Source: an uncultured bacterium
GTDB taxonomy: Bacteria > Babelota > Babeliae > Babelales > Vermiphilaceae
DNA: 64,000 nucleotides
Direction: 5' to 3'
Assembly (NCBI GenBank): GCA_963702025.1
Contig: OY969699.1
Coordinates: 1,504,001-1,568,000, forward strand
A model generated the notes under the pieces. The model was not told where the DNA came from. It was given only the letters and a program-made list of their open reading frames with translations, and did no database searches. Made by a program: the position numbers and the translations under genes. Numbering within the stretch: position 1 is the stretch's first letter; each line of letters begins with the position of its first letter. Shown in pieces: positions 49,899 to 59,237 of this stretch.

Positions 49899-51226
49899 CA
49901 ATACTCCGGACAGTTTTAACATCTAATCATCCCGAATTTAATTGCACTTTTTAACCCTGGATCGAATTTTATTAAATTCGGGTCCAATCCTAACTTTGAA
50001 ATAATCTGTTTTGTGAGCATTTCATTGTAGTTTTTGCGCTTATGACTTGCCATGGAAAAAGGAACTTTTTCCGGCAAGCTTTTCTTGGCTTCAACCTCCT
50101 GAACCTTGGCTATTGTAAGAGCGGAAAAAGAGGCATTAAAGTGATGATTGAGCTTTTCTTTGCTGCGCGCTTGAGATTCGGTAAGTCCTGTAAATTGTTT
50201 CGCATCACGAAAAACAAACTCAATTTGAAAACGTGCCTTGTAAAAGTCATAAATATCACGCGCGCTTAACGAAAAATCTGTTGAAAAAAGAAGACAAATA
50301 GATTCTTTGTTTTTAACACATACAACTCGAACCGTTCGCTTAAGACTTATGCTGTAATAATCAGCAAAATACAATGAAATGTGTTCATCAATTTTATCTG
50401 AAAAATTAAAATTGCTGAGATCTTTTACATCAACTTTCTTTCCGTACTTTCTTGGCCTTCCGCGACCTCTATTTTGCTCAAAAACTAAATATCGTAAATT
50501 AGCATCAGATCGCAATCGACTTATTACATGATAATTATCAGATCTCATCGCCGATACAAATTGTTCTTTTGCAAAATAAGCATCACAAACTAAAAACTTT
50601 ATATCAAATTTTTCTTTGATTTTGGGAAGCTGCCCTTGAAGGCTATGAATATAAAAATTGATTCGAGTTGCATCAGATTTGCCAATTATTTGAACAATTT
50701 CATCTTTTGGTGGTGTTTGCTGAACAGAAAGCGGATATCCAATATTTTCGTCAACATCGATTAATGCTAGCCCGCTTGCCTCTAATCCTTTTTCAGATTT
50801 GCTTTGTGAACCATTCCAGAATGATTCTCTACCGTAAGTTTTTTTGCCTGATTTTTCTATGAAAAATGGATCAAATGCCAAGATCAGTCGCTTTTCTTGA
50901 ATGATTATTCTTTTCACCGCAATGAGGTTGAATTGAAGATAATCAAAGCATTTAGCAAAGTTTCGAGAAAAAGTTTTTTCGCTCATATCAGCATATCTAG
51001 CCATGTTGGCAAAATTTACGCGACCAGCCATCGAAAGTATCGTGCTCATCAGGTCATTTACAAACTTTTTTTGAGGTTTCGAAATTTTTGTCATTTTTTC
51101 CAAAATTTCCTGTATAATTTTCATTGCCGCATTTCCCTTTTTTGAGGAAGTTTGATTGACTCCCACTAATTATGGATATGCGGCCTAAACTTTCAAGTCA
51201 CTTTCAAAAAACTGTCCGAACTATTG
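49899..51226 (-). mobile_element. IS4-like DDE insertion sequence, 1328 bp
   Basis: TIRs CAATACTCCGGACAGTTTT / CAATAGTTCGGACAGTTTT (17/19); 8-bp TSD ATATTACT at 49891-49898 and 51227-51234. Confidence 0.9.
49916..51166 (-). CDS. DDE transposase (IS4/IS701-like)
   Basis: LAFD, VCDAYF, ISRLRSDA, YKARFQIEFVFRDAKQ (YREK-type motif); start may be the Met at 51124. Confidence 0.9.
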   Translation of the reverse strand: MGVNQTSSKKGNAAMKIIQEILEKMTKISKPQKKFVNDLMSTILSMAGRVNFANMARYADMSEKTFSRNFAKCFDYLQFNLIAVKRIIIQEKRLILAFDPFFIEKSGKKTYGRESFWNGSQSKSEKGLEASGLALIDVDENIGYPLSVQQTPPKDEIVQIIGKSDATRINFYIHSLQGQLPKIKEKFDIKFLVCDAYFAKEQFVSAMRSDNYHVISRLRSDANLRYLVFEQNRGRGRPRKYGKKVDVKDLSNFNFSDKIDEHISLYFADYYSISLKRTVRVVCVKNKESICLLFSTDFSLSARDIYDFYKARFQIEFVFRDAKQFTGLTESQARSKEKLNHHFNASFSALTIAKVQEVEAKKSLPEKVPFSMASHKRKNYNEMLTKQIISKLGLDPNLIKFDPGLKSAIKFGMIRC

Positions 51227-51408
51227 ATATTACTCAGAAACAATAATATAAATCCACTTACGATTTTGTTCATTATATCTCCTTTTTAAAAATTGCAGAT
51301 CATGACAAAGCTACTAAACAAATTATCTTCATGCAATCGAGGTACATAGTTTGTGAAATTCTTTATAATAATTTGCATTGTTTATAAGCAGAATCGTATT
51401 GTCGTAGC

Positions 51409-51547
51409 CCGTTCGTGCTGAGCTTGTCGAAGCATGATGAATTGCAGGAGATAATACAGAAAAACCAGTTGGCATACAAAAAATAAGCATACCATTAGCG
51501 CAAAAAAGTCATTTAAAAAAATGCTTCGACAAGCTCAGCACGAACGG
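51409..51547. repeat. REPIN-like element: 27-bp perfect inverted repeats around an AT-rich spacer
   Basis: CCGTTCGTGCTGAGCTTGTCGAAGCAT (51409-51435) and its exact reverse complement (51521-51547). Confidence 0.85.
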
Positions 51548-51650
51548 AGGGGACGCTGGATAACTTAGAATCAAACATATAACTACTTTGTCAACGCATT
51601 CAAAAATAGCTATGCTATGAAAAAAATATTTACACTAAAAAAGGTGCAGA

Positions 51651-52766
51651 ATGAACACTTGCTCAAGAATTATTCTATCTCTTTTACTGAGCATAATTCC
51701 CACATCCTCTTTCTCTCATATCAAAAAAATTGCACTTATTTTTGGCATCACGGGCCAAGATGGGGCCTATCTTGCCGAATTTCTTCTGGACAAAGGGTAT
51801 GAAGTGCATGGTGTTAAACGGCGATCATCAAGTTTTAATACCGCCCGAATAGACCATCTTTATCAAGATCCGCATCATAATAACAAAAAATTTAGTCTCC
51901 ATTATGGGGATCTATCAGATAGCGCCAACATTGCAAAACTGATTCAAGAAATTGAACCGGATGAAGTCTATAATTTAGGCGCGCAAAGCCATGTACGCGT
52001 TTCTTTTGATATCCCTGAGTATACCGCAGATATTGATGCGCTGGGCACCTTACGCATTCTAGAAGCGATTCATGTATCAAAAAAGAAGATCAAATTTTAT
52101 CAGGCATCAAGCAGCGAAATGTTTGGCAAAGTAGCAGAAATTCCTCAAACGGAAAAAACTCCCTTTTATCCCCGGTCACCTTATGGCTGCGCCAAAGTTT
52201 TTGCGTACTGGATCACGGTCAACTATCGTGAAGCGTATAGCATTTTTGCCTGCAATGGCATTTTGTTTAACCACGAATCACCCATCCGAGGAGAAACCTT
52301 TGTAACGCGAAAAATTACCCGCGCCGTTTCCAATATTTATCGCGGCTTACAAGAGACTCTTTATTTGGGCAATCTTGATGCACAACGGGATTGGGGGTAC
52401 GCAAAAGATTATGTGGAGGCTATGTGGCTCATGCTCCAACAAGATGAACCGAGCGATTATGTGATTGCCACCGGAGAAACTCATTCGGTGCGAGAATTTT
52501 GCGAATGCGCCTTTAAAGAAGTTGGCATAGAAATAGAATGGCACGGCACCGGATCGGATGAAAAAGGCATCGACAAAAAAACCGGCAAAGTGGTCGTCGC
52601 AATCGATCCAATCTATTTCCGTCCGTCGGAAGTTGATCTCTTAATCGGTGATGCAACATACGCGAAAGAAAAGCTCAACTGGCACCCCCGAACTGATTTT
52701 AAAGGACTGGTGAAGATTATGCTTGATCACGATTTGGGGATGACGAAAAAAATGAAGGATATCTAA
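51651..52766 (+). CDS. gmd: GDP-mannose 4,6-dehydratase with signal-like extension
   Basis: [58 protein letters not shown]. Confidence 0.95.
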   Translation: MNTCSRIILSLLLSIIPTSSFSHIKKIALIFGITGQDGAYLAEFLLDKGYEVHGVKRRSSSFNTARIDHLYQDPHHNNKKFSLHYGDLSDSANIAKLIQEIEPDEVYNLGAQSHVRVSFDIPEYTADIDALGTLRILEAIHVSKKKIKFYQASSSEMFGKVAEIPQTEKTPFYPRSPYGCAKVFAYWITVNYREAYSIFACNGILFNHESPIRGETFVTRKITRAVSNIYRGLQETLYLGNLDAQRDWGYAKDYVEAMWLMLQQDEPSDYVIATGETHSVREFCECAFKEVGIEIEWHGTGSDEKGIDKKTGKVVVAIDPIYFRPSEVDLLIGDATYAKEKLNWHPRTDFKGLVKIMLDHDLGMTKKMKDI

Positions 52767-53563
52767 TATATCAAATTTTCTTCGGCATACCGATCCTGCA
52801 AATACGTCTTCCAGATTGCCGGATGCAACTCTTTGATCCACTGATCAATCTGTTTTCTATATTCAGCATCAATTAATTTTGAATGGAACAACAGATCATC
52901 ACCGTGTGATTGCGATTCTCGATACAAATCAATCGCTTTTTTCTTGTGAAAATCATAGTGATTCATAAAATCATCAATATAATCAAGCGGTTCGCCGAGG
53001 AACATAATCGCTCTCACCAGAGTTTGAATCGGTCTTGAAAGAAGGTCCTCATAATAAATTAGAAGCCGATTTTCCGGCGCCCATTCATCAAACAAGGCAA
53101 TATTATCAAAATATATACGAGGATCGTCATTACCCTTTGCCTGCTGCCCCAACAACATCGGTAGGGTAATTTCTCTACCGCCGTGCCTGCTTAATGCTTC
53201 CTTGGGATTACGAACAATCAAAATGAGTTTATCATTAACAAAATCACCACCACTTTTACGAATTTCTTTACGCACGTGGACTTTTTCGATGGGTGGCCTG
53301 GTACAATCGATCTCAAATCCGGCCAACCAACCGATCGGATGGTCACGTTTATTATTCCTATTAAAACGATGAAATGTTGGCCGACCCGTATTATATTCCA
53401 GACAATAGCGCATCCAAGTATTTCCCGAACGCGGATAAGATGCCAAAAAAGTTCTTTGCCCATCATAGGCACATAAAATATCAAGTAGCTGGTCAGCGTT
53501 GCTGTGGACTGTTGCACTTCCACTACAAATAAAACACAACATAAGATAGAAAAATTTCCCCAT
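52763..53563 (-). CDS. PAPS-dependent sulfotransferase with signal peptide
   Basis: 5'-PSB motif SYPRSGNTW, 3'-PB motif [12 protein letters not shown]. Confidence 0.85.
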   Translation of the reverse strand: MGKFFYLMLCFICSGSATVHSNADQLLDILCAYDGQRTFLASYPRSGNTWMRYCLEYNTGRPTFHRFNRNNKRDHPIGWLAGFEIDCTRPPIEKVHVRKEIRKSGGDFVNDKLILIVRNPKEALSRHGGREITLPMLLGQQAKGNDDPRIYFDNIALFDEWAPENRLLIYYEDLLSRPIQTLVRAIMFLGEPLDYIDDFMNHYDFHKKKAIDLYRESQSHGDDLLFHSKLIDAEYRKQIDQWIKELHPAIWKTYLQDRYAEENLIY

Positions 53564-53661
53564 TACAACTCCTTTTCTTTTTAGTTAAAAAACACGTAAT
53601 TTTTTGTCAAGACCATTAAAAATATGTATTTTGTTAGAGATAACAAAAAAAAGGCTCAATA

Positions 53662-54585
53662 ATGAATCATTTTGTATTAATTTCCATAGTCTCAGTGGCG
53701 TTTACTGCTGCCGCATACGAAAAAGATTTTACCACACTACGACCAGTAACCATCGCCATATTAGCAAAAGATAAGGCACATTGTTTACCGCTTTATCTTT
53801 CCTGCATTGAAAAACAGACATGGCCCAAATCTATGACCTATTTGTATATCCGAACCAATGACAATAATGACAATAGCGCACAAATATTGCATGATTGGGT
53901 TAATAAAGTTAAGGATCAGTATTTAGGCATCTTTTTTGATGATTCCGATGCGCCGATTAGTGTAAAACAATACGTTCAACATGAATGGAACTGTACTCGG
54001 TTCAAAGTATTAGGTGCAATACGTCAAGCTTCTTTGGATTGGGCTTACGAACATGGGTCACATTATTTTGTGATTGACTGTGATAACTTTATATTTCCCC
54101 ATACGGTTGAAACAATGGTATACACGAATCTTCCTATAGTGGCGCCTTTGCTTCATAGCAATTGCGCATATTCAAACTTTCATGCGGATATCGACTCTAA
54201 CGGTTACCTAAAAGATTCGCCATTTTATCTACCATTAGTAAATAGAGAAATAAAAGGGCATGTACAAGTTCCGGTAGCTCATTGCACCTATTTTATTCGA
54301 CATGAAGTATTACCGGAGATGAGTTACGATGATGAAAGTTATCGCTACGAATATGTTATTTTTAGTGACAATGCACGGAAAAAAGAGATTCCACAATATC
54401 TTGATACCACCGATGTGTTTGGCTATGTTTCATTTGCCGAAAACTCAAATGATCTGGTCAAAGAGCCATGGTTTTTGCCATTTACTATGAAATTACATAG
54501 TTTTAACCCTTCGAGACCCGTCTTCGCCAAGGCTACGCCGGGCACCGCGCACGCTCCTCAGCCTGCCCGCCATAGCTCTGAATGA
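53662..54585 (+). CDS. GT-A glycosyltransferase resembling the COLGALT/PLOD (procollagen glycosyltransferase) N-terminal domain, with signal peptide
   Basis: IAILAKDKAHCLPLYL, IRTNDNNDNS..IL.DW, FVIDCD, VAPLL, YSNF, VPVAHCTY; last 25 aa or so derive from a repeat. Confidence 0.7.
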   Translation: MNHFVLISIVSVAFTAAAYEKDFTTLRPVTIAILAKDKAHCLPLYLSCIEKQTWPKSMTYLYIRTNDNNDNSAQILHDWVNKVKDQYLGIFFDDSDAPISVKQYVQHEWNCTRFKVLGAIRQASLDWAYEHGSHYFVIDCDNFIFPHTVETMVYTNLPIVAPLLHSNCAYSNFHADIDSNGYLKDSPFYLPLVNREIKGHVQVPVAHCTYFIRHEVLPEMSYDDESYRYEYVIFSDNARKKEIPQYLDTTDVFGYVSFAENSNDLVKEPWFLPFTMKLHSFNPSRPVFAKATPGTAHAPQPARHSSE

Positions 54586-54607
54586 GCGACGGCTGGGGAT
54601 GAGCGGA
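54507..54607. repeat. Nested palindromic repeat overlapping the CDS 3' end
   Basis: CCTTCGAGAC...CTCCTCAG...GATGAGCGGA (intact copy near 60517-60557) interrupted by two other hairpin units. Confidence 0.7.
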
Positions 54608-54657
54608 TACATTTTTATAACTCAATATTCCTTAATATTGCTTTAAGAGCAAAAAAA

Positions 54658-55107
54658 TTAAAGAGATTGGCCAAACATTTTAATAATTTCTTTATAAGCG
54701 GTAAAAATTATTCCAAGTACAAATAGGCAAAAGATTAACAAATAAAAATATTTATGTGGTTTAGGCGTTTCATGATACAATCTGCTTTTTATTAAATAAT
54801 CAAGCCCAATGTTAAAACCCAAGAGCAATGAAAATAAGATACAAGAAAATCCTAAAATTTTTTCTATACTCGGAAGGTTTTTTAAAAATTGAAATTCAAT
54901 AGTCAAAAAAGAGACAATGGATGCAAATATGCCAAAGATCGTGATTAAAGTCGCTTTATCAGTCTGAATTTGTTTAGCCATTTCATCTTTAGCTTCTTGA
55001 ACTGCTTTATTTTTTGCAGTTTCGATCATCTGTTTAACGTCATCAAGGTTAAGTTCCGGCTGCCCCTTGGTTTTAGCAGAAGTTTTTTGTTCAATTTTAA
55101 ATGACAT
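54658..55107 (-). CDS. Small membrane protein (three predicted TM helices after a charged N-terminus)
   Basis: 149 aa ORF; hydrophobic segments; flanked by 50-bp direct repeats. Confidence 0.65.
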   Translation of the reverse strand: MSFKIEQKTSAKTKGQPELNLDDVKQMIETAKNKAVQEAKDEMAKQIQTDKATLITIFGIFASIVSFLTIEFQFLKNLPSIEKILGFSCILFSLLLGFNIGLDYLIKSRLYHETPKPHKYFYLLIFCLFVLGIIFTAYKEIIKMFGQSL

Positions 55108-55109
55108 TT

Positions 55110-55373
55110 TTATAACTCAATATTTTTTAATATCGCCTTAAGAGCAAAAAAATAAATACGCCCACTTTCATTGCCAATTAACATTATCATTGGGACCATT
55201 GGCCCACCAAGAACATATGTATTAGAATACTCTTTACTAAATGGTTCACTTACAAAGCCCTCAAGTAATGTGACTGATTCGGTTATGCCGATTTTATCAG
55301 ACCTTTTTTGAAGCTCTTCAATAAGACTTTGTTTGACGTCTTCAAATTTGATTACTTTTTTCTTGTCATCCAT
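55110..55373 (-). CDS. Hypothetical protein
   Basis: 87 aa ORF, tightly coupled to the downstream gene. Confidence 0.6.
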   Translation of the reverse strand: MDDKKKVIKFEDVKQSLIEELQKRSDKIGITESVTLLEGFVSEPFSKEYSNTYVLGGPMVPMIMLIGNESGRIYFFALKAILKNIEL

Positions 55374-55486
55374 TTTATTTTTTTTTTTGTCAGGGAAAGC
55401 AGAAGATGCATTTTTATTTGATTATAAAGGCTTTTTTAAAAAAATCACTATCCCTAGGCGCTTCGGCACTCACCAGGAAAGGGTAA

Positions 55487-56176
55487 TTAAACAAAATCAG
55501 CACGAACAAAAATATCATCAACATGAAGATGAGTAATCAGAATAAATCCCTTTGAGCAAAGAAAATCCTGAATATACGGCTCATTATAATTATTTTCTAC
55601 GGTAATAACATCGATAGTAATTTTTGAAAAATCTATTGTTTTCAAGATCTCAAGTTCACTACCTTCTGTATCTAATGACATAAAGTCAATATGAGTGATC
55701 CCATATTTCCCTAGGAGAGTATCAAACCGCATCGCCGGCAGTTGTAATATTTTTGCTTCACCACCAAATTGGGCAATGTCATTCATTACTATAGCTAGTT
55801 GCCGCTCATCATAGGTGCCACACATGCCACTGAGCATTTCATCGCAACAATCCAAGTGTAAAAACGGCACCGTTCCTTCAGTGGAGCATACACAAGCATT
55901 AATGCACACACAACTACGGCATTGTTGTAATTTTTTAAAAAGATGTGGCAACGGTTCAATTGCTATACCTTTCCAACCCAAACGGTCAAAATAGTAGGTG
56001 TTACTAAAACTTTCACCGTCATGAGCCCCGATATCCAAATAAAAACCATCTTTCTTATCATGAAAAAAAATCTCATTTACAAACTTGTCTTGCCCAGCTT
56101 GGCTCTTATAATTGTCGTCAGCAGAAACGGAGAATGCCATCAAAAACAAAGAGAGTATGAGTAGTTTATTGTTCAT
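55487..56176 (-). CDS. FkbM-family methyltransferase with signal peptide
   Basis: YKSQAGQD, YLDIGAHDG..FSNT, IEP, SLDTEGSE; start at MNNKLLILSLFLMAFSVSA. Confidence 0.88.
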   Translation of the reverse strand: MNNKLLILSLFLMAFSVSADDNYKSQAGQDKFVNEIFFHDKKDGFYLDIGAHDGESFSNTYYFDRLGWKGIAIEPLPHLFKKLQQCRSCVCINACVCSTEGTVPFLHLDCCDEMLSGMCGTYDERQLAIVMNDIAQFGGEAKILQLPAMRFDTLLGKYGITHIDFMSLDTEGSELEILKTIDFSKITIDVITVENNYNEPYIQDFLCSKGFILITHLHVDDIFVRADFV

Positions 56177-56217
56177 TTTTTTCCTTATTAAATCCCCAAA
56201 CAGGTGCAAAATTAATG

Positions 56218-56240
56218 GGCGAATGAGGAATTCATTCGCC
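56218..56240 (-). terminator. Stem-loop after the GT-TPR gene
   Basis: GGCGAATGA-ggaat-TCATTCGCC. Confidence 0.45.
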
Positions 56241-56267
56241 TGCTTGTAATATTATTCTATTTCACAC

Positions 56268-57509
56268 TCAGGCAAAAGCATTTTGTTGGGCAAGCTTACG
56301 ATTTAAATAAAAAGAGAGATTCGTAAAAAGATGCGGATAATTATCATGCGTCTTCAATGCAGCACGAACCTCTTGCTCGCCCATGTCGAATTCACCGACG
56401 TACCAGGCGCATTGACCAAGAATATCATGACGAACATAATCATATGCCTCTTTTTCTACAAAAAGTGTGTCATTGGCCGGATAAGGAACCTGACAAGCTC
56501 GTTGCGCAAACAAAAAGGCACATGCATGATTACCTTCATGTAAATAATGTTGCGCTACACGAATAAGTGGCTCAACCCGGATCGGTCTCATCGTAAATGC
56601 TTGCAAATAATGATCAAGCGCTTCGGCCCAACAAGAACTGCCATCAGGATTTTTCATACGCTCAGTTACCGTTGCCAAACGATAGCGTGCCATAAAATCT
56701 TCCTCACACCAGCCAATTAAATGGGTACGTAATTCATAGTAGTAATAGGCATTATCAAGATCACCTAGACAATCAAATGTTTGCGCCAAATAGAAGCAGG
56801 TACGAGAATCTTGGGGATTAGCTAAGAATGCTTTAAGAAGCAATTCTTTATCACGCATCCATCGCCGCTGCGTTTTTTCGGCGCCAGCCCGTTCAACTTT
56901 TAGCTCAAAATAAATGCTATTGGGTGTCTTAAACTGTGTGCCTATCATAATCGTTTCGTGCACAACGCCGCCAAATCTCAAACTGGAACCGCCGCGCAAA
57001 AGACGTTGTGTACCAAAATCCAGGTCAGGTGAAACGATTCGCACCAAATATGAAGTATGCTCAGGATGTTCAAGCTCCCGTTCGCAAAAAGCAAGCAACT
57101 CTTCAACCCCATGCAAATACCATTCGGCATCTGGCATTAACATATATCCCGCGTGAGGGAATTTTTCTCCCACCAAATCGAGCGCCCGATTACGGGAAGT
57201 GGCAAAATCAACAAACGGTTCTTGAATTATGAAATAATTGGTCAAATGGTAATCCATAAAGAGCTCTTCGGCCTTGATCATCGTGGGCGATCGTGGATCA
57301 AGCCCCGTATCATAAACCACGTAGGCAATCTTTTCTCCCCGGGGATCTGCCTTGCAATACATTTCCAGAGTTTGTCTAATAACCGTTTCTTCATCTTTTA
57401 CCATTATAACAACAACCAAAAGGGGATCGGGCTTGGCGGTTTGTGCATAGGATGACTCAATAAAACATGCTAGAAATAAGATAGCGCACAGCGCAGAAAG
57501 AAACTTCAT
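56268..57509 (-). CDS. Family 2 glycosyltransferase with TPR repeats and signal peptide
   Basis: MVKDE, YDTG, FVDFATSRN, MPDAE, GVVHE, then helical TPR-like region (FYLAQT). Confidence 0.85.
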   Translation of the reverse strand: MKFLSALCAILFLACFIESSYAQTAKPDPLLVVVIMVKDEETVIRQTLEMYCKADPRGEKIAYVVYDTGLDPRSPTMIKAEELFMDYHLTNYFIIQEPFVDFATSRNRALDLVGEKFPHAGYMLMPDAEWYLHGVEELLAFCERELEHPEHTSYLVRIVSPDLDFGTQRLLRGGSSLRFGGVVHETIMIGTQFKTPNSIYFELKVERAGAEKTQRRWMRDKELLLKAFLANPQDSRTCFYLAQTFDCLGDLDNAYYYYELRTHLIGWCEEDFMARYRLATVTERMKNPDGSSCWAEALDHYLQAFTMRPIRVEPLIRVAQHYLHEGNHACAFLFAQRACQVPYPANDTLFVEKEAYDYVRHDILGQCAWYVGEFDMGEQEVRAALKTHDNYPHLFTNLSFYLNRKLAQQNAFA

Positions 57510-57608
57510 TTTTCTACTTCCTTTTTTTTTACTACTGACTTGCTGCTATTTATAAAACAAGAATTTTAAAATGTCTACCGCTTAATTGATTTTAAGTTAT
57601 ACTGAAAC

Positions 57609-58565
57609 TTGCTACTTACTTTTATAACCCTTGGACAATTAATGTTTTTAATAATTATTTTATATGGCCTTTTTGGCGCATCATTTCCCCTAAGTAAAAC
57701 ACTTCTTGGGTTCGCCGACCCAATTTTCTATACGGGCATCAGAATGTTTATTGCCGGTTCTATTCTTTTGATTTACCAATATTGTTATGCGCATCGTCAT
57801 CTTAAATTTAACTGGCACAATAAGTGGTACTATTTGCAAATTATTTTTTTTGGTATCTACTTAACCTATATTTTACGATTCATTGGACTTGGAACGTTAA
57901 CCTCTTCCAAAACAGCCTTTTTGTTTAACCTTATGCCCTTTTTCTCAGCATTTTATTCATTTTTAATGTTTAAGGAGAAGTTAACGCGCCAACAATGGCT
58001 TGGCCTAGCGATAGGCTTTGTTGGTTTTATACCAATACTCAAAACAACTTCACCACTAGAAAAGAGCTTGGGGGAAATTTTTTTTATTTCGTGGCCCGAA
58101 TTGGCCGTTTTGGCAGCAGTGGCGGCACAAAGCTATAGCTGGATAATTATGCGAAAATTGGTAAAAGAAAAAAGTTATGCGCCGAGCATGATTAATGGCA
58201 TGACTATGACGGCCGGCGGTATCCTTGCTCTTATCACCGCCTATTTTTGGGAAGGCAAACAAGAAATGGCCGACCCGGGCGCTTTTTTGAGCTTACTCAT
58301 TCTGGTGATTTTAATTAGTAATATTATTTGCCATAACCTCTATGCCTATCTGCTCAAACGCTATACTGCAACATTCTTGGCATTCGCCGGCTTTTTAGGG
58401 CCATTGTTTTCAGCATTTTATGGCTGGCTTTTTTTGGCAGAAAAAATTACCTGGCATTTTTATGTCTCGGCAATCATCGTGTTTATCGGCCTATACCTTT
58501 TCTATCAACATGAACTGGAAGTAGTTGGTATTGCCAATGAAAAAAAGCACTTAATTCATGATTAG
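57609..58565 (+). CDS. EamA/DMT family transporter
   Basis: About 10 hydrophobic segments in two repeats; RMFIAG, P.FSAF, FKEKL motifs; start may be ATG 57642. Confidence 0.88.
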   Translation: MLLTFITLGQLMFLIIILYGLFGASFPLSKTLLGFADPIFYTGIRMFIAGSILLIYQYCYAHRHLKFNWHNKWYYLQIIFFGIYLTYILRFIGLGTLTSSKTAFLFNLMPFFSAFYSFLMFKEKLTRQQWLGLAIGFVGFIPILKTTSPLEKSLGEIFFISWPELAVLAAVAAQSYSWIIMRKLVKEKSYAPSMINGMTMTAGGILALITAYFWEGKQEMADPGAFLSLLILVILISNIICHNLYAYLLKRYTATFLAFAGFLGPLFSAFYGWLFLAEKITWHFYVSAIIVFIGLYLFYQHELEVVGIANEKKHLIHD

Positions 58566-59219
58566 AAATGTTTGTTTAATAAAATAATAAGAATTAAAAG
58601 TTAAAACTTTTTCGCCTCTTGCGTTAAAAGGAGGCTTTGATAAGTCTAAGGGACGATAGTCTCCCCTACCGATATCATAATTATCACTTGATAGCGTGGA
58701 AGCATCGAGACCATTAGTAATAAGAATGTATTTATATTTGTGAAATTGCTTCATAACTCTGAAAATATCAGCATTTGTTAAATGCTGCAAAACATCTTTG
58801 CAAACCAGAAGATCCGCTACCGGAAGCTCACTATTTAAAGCATCGGCTTGAAAAAAATGAATATTTTCTTTCTCGAAACGAGATTTATTACGGACTATAA
58901 CTGATGCAACAACATCGTATCCTTTATAATCAACCCCATCCCAATTCATGAATCGAGTAAATTCCCAATCACCACAACCGAGATCTACAACACTTTTTAT
59001 ACTATTTTTTTCTATAAAATTTTGCAGAAATTCACGATATATTATCGTCACTTGATCGTCGGAACCCTCTCCACTCCAGCCAATACCTTCACAATTTTCT
59101 CCCCATACTTTATTAGCATAGATCTCAGAAAAGATTTCTTGTGCCAGTTTGTTTTGACTCACATCTGCCTGAACAGCAAGACAGAGCAGTATTCCTAAAA
59201 TACCCGTTAGACTACGCAT
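58551..59219 (-). CDS. Class I SAM methyltransferase with signal peptide
   Basis: FSEIY...WG...SGEGS, VVDLGCGD, KDVLQHL. Confidence 0.85.
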   Translation of the reverse strand: MRSLTGILGILLCLAVQADVSQNKLAQEIFSEIYANKVWGENCEGIGWSGEGSDDQVTIIYREFLQNFIEKNSIKSVVDLGCGDWEFTRFMNWDGVDYKGYDVVASVIVRNKSRFEKENIHFFQADALNSELPVADLLVCKDVLQHLTNADIFRVMKQFHKYKYILITNGLDASTLSSDNYDIGRGDYRPLDLSKPPFNARGEKVLTFNSYYFIKQTFLIMN

Positions 59220-59237
59220 TTCTCTCTCCTCATTAAA

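Larger units (their letters stand above)
49089..51273 (-). pseudogene. Family 17 (MGAT3-like beta-1,4-GlcNAc transferase) gene interrupted inside its signal peptide by an IS
   Basis: AAGGAG RBS and ATG 51273; removing the IS gives MNKIVSGFILLFLSNMGYA-KIYDCFLFFNELELL...SDADEI...GWHLTY (282 aa). Confidence 0.85.
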
